Origin: the human T2T-CHM13v2.0 reference genome, Homo sapiens
NCBI RefSeq assembly: GCF_009914755.1
Contig: NC_060943.1
Direction: 5' to 3' (one strand)
DNA length: 64,000 nucleotides
Part shown: positions 1 through 64,000 of the stretch, piece by piece
Layout of the letters: each line of letters opens with the position of its first letter
Position numbering within the stretch: the stretch's first letter is position 1
Made by a program: the position numbers and the translations under genes
The notes under the pieces: generated by a model
What the model saw: only the letters and a program-made list of their open reading frames with translations
Told to the model about the DNA's origin: nothing
Databases searched by the model: none

Positions 1-289
1 GGGTGAGCAGAGCAGCAGGCGGGCAGGCAGGGCTTGGGTGTTGCCTGCAGCCGCCCCCGGCTCCTGATGGTCTCTTGAGTCACCTCCCGGCTGCTGCTGG
101 AGAGGAAGGAAGTGTCTGTAGTCTCATTGTCCCAGTTGGTCCTTGTGGCTTCCTGACACTTCATGGGGCAGAAAGTGGAGCTGGAAATCCTGTCTGCTGT
201 GTGTGAACTTCGTGGCCACTTCCCTTCTTTATGCCTTGATTTCCCCACCTGAATGGGGCAATATCCCTGTGTGGCAAAAAGCGTGCTAA

Positions 290-1056
<767 letters not shown>

Positions 1057-1380
1057 TCAGCCTTGTTCACAGTTCAGTCCTGCCTCAGGGGCCTTGGCTG
1101 GTGCTGTACCCTGGTCCGGGTTGGCCCTCACCGGCCCCCACCCCGGCTCTGGCTCCTTGCCACCCCCCTCTCACAGTACTGATGTTTAAAACACATACGG
1201 GCCCTGGGGGACAGAGCAGGGTCAGGATCCCAGAAACAGCCCTACTTCAGCCCCGGCCCTTATGCTGCCCCACCCCTAGCTGAGTCCTGCCTCAGGACCT
1301 TTGCTCCGGATGTACCCTCGTCCACGTTCGCCCTCATTGGCCCTCCTCGAGCTCTGGCTCTCTGTCTGAAAAATAAATGT

Positions 1381-1990
<610 letters not shown>

Positions 1991-2245
1991 AATGGTGGCA
2001 TCACTCCCAGGGGTGACAGCTGCAAACCAGGCCCTGCGCACGATGGGGCCCTCTGGTTACTGCCTCTCTTAGGCCAGCTGGGGTGGTTTGAGTTTCTCTT
2101 TCTTGCCTGGTCCTGACCTGCAGCTCTGCCGTGCGCCTGTTAATCTCCATATGATCCCTGGGTGGGTTCCCAGAGGGGTTCATGTTCCCTGAGGGTCACA
2201 CGGGGAGGCAGGATTTGACTCCGGGACGGCCTGATTCCCCCACAG

Positions 2246-12548
<10,303 letters not shown>

Positions 12549-12612
12549 CCCCATCGCCGACACGCCCCCCACTCAGCCCAGCCCGCCTGTCCCTAGATTC
12601 AGCCACATCAGA

Positions 12613-12618
12613 AATAAA
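12613..12618 (+). terminator. MAP1S: MAP1S polyadenylation signal AATAAA
   Basis: Canonical hexamer 65 nt after the stop, followed by a U/GU-rich tract (~12631-12660). Confidence 0.85.
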
Positions 12619-13251
12619 CTGTGACTACACTTGGCTGTGGCCTCTCTTCTTTCTGTGATGGGAGACTTGGCATGTACCTCCTGGTCCTGCGGGTGGGGAC
12701 AGCTTCCATGGAATCCCCAGTGACCCTGCGGTCAGGCCCACTCTGGCCTCCATGTCGCAGATGGGAGAAATGCAGGCTTCGCTGGGCCTGGTTTGGGGAA
12801 GGAAGTGCCTCTCAGAGTTAATGACCACTGACCGGTGGAGCTCCTGACTATGGCCTCCATCCCGACTCAGCAACTGTGAGGGGCCCAAGTTATAGGCGCG
12901 AAGTAGCTACCTGACTATCTGTCACACAAACCAGTTGGTGGCAGGGGGAGATTGAATACCTGTCTCTGCTCCAAAGCCATCAAACAAAAGCTATCCTGCT
13001 GTCCCTAGAGGAGATGGATGCTTATTCCAGAAAGTCTTACTCTGCAGGAAGGATTTACAGAGGAATCTGAAACCCAGAGATTACAGAATATCCACTTCTG
13101 ACTAATGCACCCTGACCCCTCTCTGCAGAAATACAAGCACTTAGGTTTACTATTAGATACAATGTCATCTGTACTGGGTTGAATGGCAGCCAGCCCCCAA
13201 AACACATTCAACACCTGACCCCTGACACCTGTGAATGTGATGTTATTTTGA

Positions 13252-15450
<2,199 letters not shown>

Positions 15451-15529
15451 TGAGGAGAGTACATAGAACTTGCCAGTCATTTCAACAAATGTTGTAAATG
15501 GACAGAAATCTCTAGTTAAAAGGCAAAAG

Positions 15530-18741
<3,212 letters not shown>

Positions 18742-19534
18742 AGTGTCGTCCTGTCCACCAGCACATCTTCCTGTTGTATTTCCTTTTAATCCATAGCCCT
18801 AGCAGACTCTTACTTGTTTATATGTTTATATGTCAATATGTTTATATTGATTCCCCCAACTGTGAGCCCATGAGAGCTGCACCCTCTCCATCTTGGTTGT
18901 TTCTGGGTGCCCGCTGCCCAGGACAGGACCCAGTACCTGTACCCACACACCAGGTTCTTGGGAAATGTTGGTTGTGCCCCAGCTTGGCAGCACTGCTGGG
19001 TGACCTCGGGAATGTTCCTTAACCTCTCTGGGCTTCTCCTCTTCCCCAGTCTCAGAAATAAGAAAGTTGGCCTGAACCTCCAGGAAGAGCAGGGAGCCTT
19101 GGGCTGTTTTGGCAACTGGACCCCTGAGTTTTCTTCCCTGGCCTGTTCGGCCCCAGGCACTCCAGACAGGCCTGACCTATGTCATCCTGTCCTCCCCACC
19201 CCCTACAGCATCCTTTGGGATCTGGGCCCAGGGCAGGTGTGAGCTGTGGTACCAGCACACCCATGTCAAGTCCTGCCTCTGACGTGTGTTTGCTGTGTGA
19301 CTTCCAAGAGTAGCTTGCTTTCTCTGAGCTCTGTTTCCCCTGGCCCAGGCTTGGGAGTGGAGTGTCTGGGGGAGTGTGGATGCAGTTCAGACCTCACCTG
19401 ACAGGTGTGGATAGTACCAGGGCCAGGGCCCCCAAGAAGCTCCCAGGCTGGAGGGGGAGGGGGCAATGCCTAACATAACATCCCAGTCCTGGGGGATCAG
19501 CACTGGCTTGGAAGGAAAACCAGATGGGTTTTCA

Positions 19535-19886
19535 GGAGCCTGGGAAGCTAGCTGGAGGGCTTCTTGAAGGAGAGGACCACATAGGAACTAAGAGCTAAAG
19601 GTGGGAAGGAAATCTGGGATGCCAGAAGGAGGACTTCCTGGAGGAGGGGACCACATAGGAACTAAGAGCTAAAGGTGGGACGGGAGCCTGGGAGGCCAGA
19701 AGGAGGGCTTCCTGGAGGAGGGGACCACAAGAGCTAAAGGTGGGAAAGGAGCCTGGGAGGCCAGATGGAGGGCTTCCTGGAGGAAGGGACCATAAGAGCT
19801 AAAGTTGGGAAAGGAGCCTGGGAGGCCAGATGGAGGGCTTCCTGGAGGAGGGGACCAAACAGGAACTAAGAGCTCAAGGTAGGAAA
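19535..19886 (+). repeat. Minisatellite, ~5 copies of a 65-74 bp unit
   Basis: Unit ggagcctgggaggccagaaggagggcttcctggaggaggggaccac(ataggaact)aagagctaaaggtggga. Confidence 0.9.
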
Positions 19887-20174
19887 GTTACCAGTCAGAT
19901 GCACCCTGAGGTGGAACGGCTTTTGTGCCCCCTGCATTGAGGTGGGTAGAGAGAGGTGAGGACAGGAATGTAGGGAGGGCCGGACCCCATAAGCATGATG
20001 GGCTGCTGAGACAGGTTTGCAGTTTTTACCAAGAGTGCTGGGGAGTCTGGGGAGTGTTTCAAGCTGGAGAAAAAGGTGAGCAGTTTCTGTTTGAAACCCC
20101 ACTGTGGGTCCCAGTTAAACATTCTGGAATTGCTACACACATGCACTTCAATGGAACAGCTGAGCACGTGAAGG

Positions 20175-22341
<2,167 letters not shown>

Positions 22342-22371
22342 GAGGGCTGACAGTGGGAGCCAGGTTTCTCA

Positions 22372-24725
<2,354 letters not shown>

Positions 24726-25098
24726 CTAGGGCTGGGATGGAGGGAACAAGAAACACAAATAAGAAACCGAGTTGGCATCCAGGCTGAAGACAATTGGGTC
24801 TTCGCTGGGACCACTATGGGGTGTAGGAAAATGGACAATTTGGAACTGTTTCAGAGACACTGAATCCACGGGATGAAATGCTGGTAATGAAGGGAAGAGA
24901 AGATCCTTAGGGCCTCCCAAGCTTCTGGTCTGTGCTCCTGGGCTGCCCTGACTGAGCCTGGGAGGCTGGTGGAGGGGCAAGAAAATCAGCCGGGTGCCCT
25001 GTCCCTAAGCAGAGGGTAGGATGGGGGACTGGCGGGTGTTGTGTAAGTTTATATTTTCTTTTTCTTTGTTTTTGTTTGTTTGTTTGTTTGTTTTTTAA

Positions 25099-25404
<306 letters not shown>

Positions 25405-25599
25405 TAGGCCGGCTGCAGACTTGCTGTGTGGCCTCCAAGCAAGATCTTGCCCTCTCTGAGCCTCAGATTTCCCATTTGTAAAATAAAGACCAATAATGTC
25501 CAGGTTACAGGCTTGTGGGGGGTCATCAACTGAGCCCTGCCTGTTCGCTCAATAAACGTTGGTCGCTCCTTACTCCTTACCACTGAGTCTCAGGGCGAA

Positions 25600-26400
25600 A
25601 GAGTGGCGCCTGTCTCTTTAAATTATGCAAATAGACTGCGGGTGGCGTAAGGGGGGGAACATAAAAAGGAGCCTAGTCTTCGGCTGGACCAATCAGCGCG
25701 CTGAGCTGGCGGAGCTGGGCGCCTAAATGGCCCAATGGGGGGCCGCGCGGGATCAGAGCCCGCCCTGCCTCCTGGCGCCGTCGCGGGGGTGGGGACTTTC
25801 TAGGCCACGCCCCGGGGGCGGAGCCCGCCGGCAGCCGCGCCGCAGCCGCGGAGGGAGGGGCGGGGCGGGCTTCGGTGTCAGCGACCAAGCCGCAGGTGGC
25901 GGCGAGCGCGGGGCTCGGCCCGAGCTCAGGAGGTGAGTGTTGCCCCCCGGAACCCCCTGGGATACCCTGGCCCGCGCAGCCTCCCACGCGCACCGTGCCC
26001 TGCAGCCCCGGCGGCTGCGGAGGGCAAAGGCGCGGCGGGACGCGAGGGATGGAGAGCAGGGGGTTGGGGCTACGCGGTGGGCGCCCCGGCTTCCCCCTCC
26101 AAGTGGTAATTGGGGGTCCGCAGGCGAAAATGGGGACCGCTCCCCAAATCCCCCGTCTCCTGGCCTAGAACCGAGCGTGCACGGGGGCGGCGACGACGCG
26201 AGACCCCTCCCCAAATTCTTTTATTCTAAGCCTAGGTCTGGGTTCTGGGGCTGCAAAGATGGGGGCGCCGCTCCCCTTCCAGCCTGGAACCCTGGGCGGT
26301 GGCTGAGATGGGGACCACCCGCAGATTCCCTCTTCCCAGCTCCGGCCTGCAGACCACCGGGGACCGAGACGAGGGACCCCTTCCCTTTTCCTCCACTGTG
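25600..26400 (+). promoter_or_regulatory. FCHO1: FCHO1 CpG-island promoter
   Basis: Dense CpG; octamer ATGCAAAT 25625-25632; CCAAT at 25689 and 25732; GGGGACTTTC 25791-25800; GC boxes ~25804-25870. Confidence 0.85.
25840..25932 (+). other. FCHO1: FCHO1 non-coding first exon (start approximate)
   Basis: Strong donor GAG|gtgagt at 25932/25933 just downstream of the promoter motifs. Confidence 0.7.
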
Positions 26401-28381
26401 AACCCCTATCCAGGCCTGGTGGCTGGAGGAGCTGGGGTGTCACCTGGCCCCTCCTCTAATCTGCCCCATCCCAGTCCTCCACCTTAAGGATGGGGTGGGG
26501 GGCGTTTCACTGGCATCTTCTGTGGGGACCCCAAGGTTGGAATTTTGGGGAGGAGGTCACTGTGGGGTCCCCTGCCTGGCACGGTTTATCCAGGCCAGGC
26601 CTTGAAGGGCCTGGAGCCTGGACTTGGGGGGGGGGTCCCTCTTTTACTGAGGGGCGGGGTGTACAGCTAGCATCTGTTTCTGGGGATTAAAATAAATCGA
26701 GGTAAATTAGGATCTTGCCAGAGGCTGGCTGTGAGTGGGGTGCGGAGGAGGCTTGGGGGGTGGGGGACCCCTCCATCTGCCTTGGATCCCCCGAGTCACC
26801 TGCCCCAGCTGCACTGGGGACCAGGAGGCAGTGTCGAATGGACCTGCTTCACTGGTGACCTTGGGCAGGTGACAGCACCTTTCTGAACCTCGGTTTCCTC
26901 TTTTGAAAATTGAGGTTGGGAGCTTCGGACCCTGCATTTTACAGATTCTGAACTCACCCAGCCCACATTTTGTCCAATGGTGATTCACTCTTTTGCTTAA
27001 CATGTGGGTGGTTTGGGGTCAAGACAGCATTGGGTTTGGAGACCCTCCCACAGTGCCTTGCTATCCTCTCAGCCTCAGTTTACTGCACTGCAAAATGGGT
27101 TGATGATGACACTCTGATATTGGGGCTGAGGGCATGGGGACAGGGAGTAAAACATAGGACCAAGCTGCAATGGCTGGGATGGGGCATCGCCACCCTGGTC
27201 TCACCATTGGGGCCACTTAGGGCACACCCTGACCCACATACCATCACCCACGCCAGGGGTGAACCTGTTCTCGGGCGAGGTCCTGGGCAGGAGGGGGTGG
27301 GAGTTGCCAGGCCAGCTCATTCCCTGTCCCTTGGAGCGCCCTCCCAGTGGTGGGCATGGGGCTGGGAGTCTGACACCCCCAGGTTTGAATTTGCCTCTAC
27401 CTGTGTGTGTGTTTTTCCCTTGGTGCCTTTGTTTGTTCTTCTGTGAAATGGGCTGAATTCCTCTGGGAAGATGGGAGGAGTCTGTGGGAGGAGGAAGCTC
27501 TGTAAATACAGACATGATTATTATAATATTAATGACAGTATTAGTGCTCTTTAAATCGGGTCACAGCTGACCAGGAGGAGGGAGGGGAAGGGGGAGTCTA
27601 TCAAAGGCATTGCCTGAGGAGACTCCAGCACCTGGGAAAGTTGGGTACACAGTAGGCATTCAATAGATGTTTGCCAAATGAAGTGAGGAAGAGGGAGGGG
27701 ACCCATGGGGAGGACAGAAAATTTCTGAGAATCCCTGGCTCAGATTCCCACTTGGTGGCCCGAGTCACTGTGTGACCTGGGGCACGTGTCTCAGTTTCCC
27801 CATCGTGGTGCTGGTTGAGATAAGATACTGCCTTGAGGTGTGGTGACGAGAATCAAGCCAGATTGTCTGTGATCGCAGCCCAGGTGGCGAGGCCAAGAGG
27901 GGAGACATGACATAGTGGGTCATTGAAACAGCATGGTACCTGCTTGAACCAAGTGACTGGTCCGTGGGAAGGATGAGAAAACCCTTGCTACTGGCCCTAC
28001 TGTACATACACTGGGGTCCAAGAGAGAGGGAAATGTGAGATCCTGTTTCCCAGGATCCTGGAAGCCAGATCGTGGAAGGTCAGGAGTGGCCCAAGGTCAT
28101 CAGGCAAGACGTCAGCGGCTCCGGACACCCAGCCAGGCACCACTCGATTCCCAGGATGGGAGCTCGGGTCTTGCCTTTGTTGCTGATGTGGTTCCTGCTT
28201 TGTTTTATCTGTTCTGGGGCTGCTCACATGTCTCAGCCCCAGGTTTGCAAGACTTGGTGCCGGGAAGGCAGGATGGGGACCTCTGAGTCAGCTGGCAATG
28301 TGCTGTGTAACCTTGGGCAAGTCTCCGGCCATCTCTGGGCTTTGTGCTGGTACTGTACAGGCTGGGAGACTTGGGTTCTAG

Positions 28382-28930
<549 letters not shown>

Positions 28931-29519
28931 TTCCCCTTTCTTTTCTTTTTTTTTTTTTTTTGAGATGGAGTCTCGCTCTGTCGCCAGGCTGGAGTGCAGT
29001 GGCGCAATCTCGGCTCACTGCAACCTCTGGCTCACTGCAACCTCCACCTCCCGGGTTCAAGTGATTCTCCTGCCTCAGCCTCCTGAGTAGCTGGGACTAC
29101 AGGCATGGGCCACCACGCCCAGCTAATTTTTGTATTTTTAGTAGAGACGGGGTTTCACCGTGTTGGCCAGGATAGTGTCAACCTCTTGACCTCGTGATCC
29201 ACCCACCTTGGCCTCTCAAAGTGCTGGGATTACAGGCGTGAGCCACCGCGCCTGGCCATGTCTTCCCCTTTCTGAGCGCATTTCCCTCTCTGAGCCTCAG
29301 TTTGCCCAGTCTGTGAAGTGGGTATCGGCCTACCTCAGGATGGCAAGATGTTGAATGCCTGGGCCAGGGTTGGTGCTCAGTTATTTCCCAATTGCCATGA
29401 TTAATATTTGTTCGGTAAGAACAGCTCCAGGTTCAGGCCGGGGGGCTCCAGGTTCAAGCGCCTCTTGTTTACTCACCCATGGCCTGTGTGGTTCCAGGGA
29501 GGTCCCATGGGTGCTGATC

Positions 29520-29695
29520 GGGCGGGGGAGGAAAGGTGGCGGTTGGATGGTAGGCGGGGCGGGGTGAGCTTCCTGTCCCCCCCCCAACCCATGCACACAA
29601 GCCTCCAACTTGGTGCTGACGGAAGTGGCCTCGTGGCTGTCTCCTGGCGCCTGCCCCGTCAGACAGGGGCCCCATCCCACTCGCTACCCTGTCCG
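29520..29695 (+). promoter_or_regulatory. FCHO1: Probable alternative FCHO1 promoter / first exon
   Basis: GC boxes (ggcggggcgggg ~29553), ETS motif ACGGAAGTG 29619-29627, donor CCG|gtgagt at 29695/29696. Confidence 0.6.
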
Positions 29696-30244
29696 GTGAG
29701 TTTGAGCCCTGGCCAGTAGATACCCATCATCTCGCCTTGGCCCCCCTCAGGAACAGAGGGGAGGCCCCCCTGCCCGGAGCCTGGGTTTCAGGAGAAGTAG
29801 CAGGTGTCACTTCCTGGGCTGGCCAAAGCCTGCATGGGGCCACCCGTTGCCCTGCCCCCCGTCCCCCATTCCAGCTGTGAGTGGTGGTTTGGGTTAGGGG
29901 GGCGGCAAGGGGAGCTTGGAAACCCAGAGAGCCACGCGTGATGGTTTCAAACAGGAGGTCATTGGCAGACAGACCAGGGGCAAAATCACAGTCAGCCGGG
30001 ACCAATGATTGATCTCTCTGTGCCTCGGTTTCCTTCATAAAGTTGGGGTTGCCTCTGAGGGCATGGCATGAAGATTGGATGAGCAGATGCGTGTGAATAG
30101 TTGGGTACAGGGTCGCACACATACTGGTGCTCCATGTGTATCTGTCTGCCAGAGGTGGGGTGAGGCAATCTAATTGAAACTGTGAAAACAGTAGTGAGAT
30201 TCTTGGTTTCTGGGGAACTTGGGCTCCTTGGTTGCTGGGATCTT

Positions 30245-31235
<991 letters not shown>

Positions 31236-31757
31236 CTAAGAGATTTGGAGATGCTTAGGGTCCTGGTCATGGACAGAAGCTAAGAAATGATATGGAAATT
31301 TAGGGCTTTTCCCCTAGGGATGTCAGCGTAGCATGCTCACCACCCTACCCCTGCCACCAAACTAGGTTTCCTAAGGGGGTGTGGTGGGGACTGAAGTTTT
31401 TCAGGGGCCCTGTCATTAACCAGTGCAGGGTTGGGAATGTTTGTTGAAACAAATAATTCCTTGCCCAGTGAACTCCTATTCATGCTTTAAAACCCCAACT
31501 CCCATGAGCCCTCCTTTAGTCCAGGTTCTTTTGGACCTTGTCCCTCCATCTGGCCCAGCCCTGACCATGCAGGACGGTGATATCTGTGTCCAGCTCTGTC
31601 TCTCTAGACTGGGGACTCCTGCAGGGCCAGGCCCGGGGCTGAATCAACTCAGGGACCCTGACATTGTTCTAGTCTGGGTGAGCAAGTAGGAGGTCTTGGG
31701 TGACTCACAGAAGTCCCGGGATTGGAGGCTCAACGATAATGGGTCCAATTAAACTAA

Positions 31758-32052
<295 letters not shown>

Positions 32053-32407
32053 TAGCCTAAACTAACTTTCAAGATTAGGTAAACTGAGGCACAGAGAGGG
32101 GCAGCCTTGCCCAAGGTCTTGCTCAGTCCTTTCCTGGGGAGGCCCCGGGAGCTTCCCCATCCTGTGGTCACGGGTCCCTGTCACTCCTGCCACTGTTCCT
32201 ACGAGGCTCCCAGCTGCTACCGAGCTGCCTGTGGGGTCATGAATTATGCATGAGGCCTGCAGGCTCCAGTGACAAGCCTGGCCTCTAGAACATGCCAAGG
32301 ACACTGCCTGTCCGTCCCCTGCCGGGCGGCCTGACCCAGCCTCTTGTGCAGAGACACCTGGGGCTCCCCGGCAAGATCCCTTCTAAGCATTCCTTCTTAT
32401 TTTGCAG

Positions 32408-32452
32408 ATGGGGAAACTGAGGCACGGAGCTGGACAGTGACTCAGACACCAG
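32408..32452 (+). other. FCHO1: Candidate FCHO1 5'UTR exon inside an antisense MIR
   Basis: ttccttcttattttgcag| acceptor, CAG|gtgaac donor; MIR core atggggaaactgaggc. Confidence 0.5.
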
Positions 32453-32682
32453 GTGAACACTGGCTTTTGAGGGCAGGGTTGGGACTCGTGGGGGCAGCAA
32501 TGCCAGCTGGGTCATCACAGTGAGGAGTGAGCTCTGACTCCCAGGAGGGTACATAAGGTGAGGACTGTCCTAGAGGAATCAGAAGACCCCAGGGGACCCT
32601 CAGGGATACTTCAGGGACCCCAACCCCCATGTGGCTGATCACAGCCCCTGCATCTATTTCTCTTCAAACCCTTTTCCTGCAG

Positions 32683-32772
32683 GAGCTGCCTGGAGTGGAG
32701 CTGAGAGCTCAGGTCTGGGCTCAGCCAGTCCAGAGTGCAAATCTACTGTCCCTTCCTAGCTGTGTGATCTTG
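32683..32772 (+). other. FCHO1: Candidate FCHO1 5'UTR exon (3' end uncertain)
   Basis: Strong ccttttcctgcag| acceptor; possible donors are TTG|gcaagt at 32773 (GC type, in a MIR) or cag|gtctgg at 32713. Confidence 0.4.
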
Positions 32773-33255
32773 GCAAGTGACTTCCCCTCTGGGGGAGGGG
32801 AGGGCTCAGTTTTCCCATCTGTGAAGTGGATCAGAGCTTTCCTGTCAAGGTTAGGGGTCATCCAGCACTGCTCCTACCCACTGCTATGAACTCTTATACA
32901 TGCCTAAAAACCCCACATTCCATGCCCCCTCCTCCAATCTAGACTCCCTCAGCTCTTGTCCCTCCACCTAGTCCAGTTCTGACTCTGTGGAATTGGGGGC
33001 ATCTGTGTCTTGTTCTGTCCCCCTCTACTGGAGCTACTTGGGACCAGCACTGGGGCTGAATTATCTCAGGGGTCCTGGCATGCTCTTAGCATTGGAGCTT
33101 TCAGTTCCTCCTTCATCCTTTCTCTCCTTCCTCTACAGGGAGGGACTTTCCCCCCACCAAGCCCACACTGGCAATGACTCTGTAGCTCAAACTTGCCTCT
33201 CTCTTCAGACAGGCACTGGACGGGGCCTGCAGGGGTCTCCACAGAGACCATCAGG

Positions 33256-63010
<29,755 letters not shown>

Positions 63011-63154
63011 GTGAGGGCTTGCGGGAGGCCAAGGAAAACTCAGCAGTTTCCCCCATAACCCCAGACCTTCTCCCTGATGCATTGATTAAAGGGTGCACCC
63101 TCGGCCTGACCGTTAACTGTGAGCCCACCCTGCTTAGCACTAAGGGTGATGTTA

Positions 63155-63295
<141 letters not shown>

Positions 63296-63700
63296 TTATT
63301 TATTTATTTAATTTATTTACTTTGAGATGAAGTCTCGCTCTGTCGTGCAGGTTGGAGTGCAGTGGCACGATCTCAGCTCACTGCAATCTCCGCCTCCCGG
63401 GTTCAAGCGATTTTCTCTGCCTCAGCCTCCCGGATAGCTGGGATTACAGGTGCCTGCTACCACACCCAGCTGATTTTTGTGTTTTTTTAGTAGACATGAG
63501 GTTTCACCATGTTGGTCAGGCTTGTCTCGAACTGCTGACCTCAGGTGATCCACCCGCCTCGGCCTCCCAAAGGACTGCGATTATAGGCATGAACCACTGC
63601 ACCCAGCCTTACAAAAAAATATTTTAAAAAGTAGTCAGGCCGGGTGCGGTGGCTCACACCTGCAATCCCAGCACTTTGGGAGGCCGAGATGGGCAGATCA

Positions 63701-63999
<299 letters not shown>

Positions 64000-64000
64000 G

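Noticed and set aside
19535-19886. Repeat array superficially like CRISPR
   Set aside because: Contiguous tandem units without unique spacers, no cas genes, human DNA
25673-26487. ORFs on both strands in the CpG island
   Set aside because: Expected from high GC content; low-complexity Pro/Gly/Arg translations

Overview
Human genomic DNA, very Alu-dense and GC-rich, consistent with chr19p13.1. It holds two known + strand spliced genes. (1) The 3' part of MAP1S: five coding exons from 2246 to the stop at 12548, with a poly(A) signal at 12613. (2) Most of FCHO1: CpG-island promoter near 25600-26400, a probable second promoter near 29500-29700, ATG at 33256, and 23 coding exons reconstructed by hand (2426 coding nt) up to 63010; the gene continues past the window. 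Everything else is repeats: dozens of Alus, L1 fragments, old LTR relics, hAT DNA transposons, MIR/L2 and minisatellites. Nearly all ORF-track entries are Alu-derived or shadow ORFs. I see no new gene system. The most interesting real signal is a 2-kb cluster of unusual splicing over the AP2-activating linker of FCHO1: a GC-AG intron with a competing GT donor, an AT-AC minor-spliceosome (U12) intron, two frame-shifting 25-nt micro-exons, and a degenerate ~27-bp tandem array filling one intron. Repeat family names are from recognition only and need RepeatMasker confirmation.
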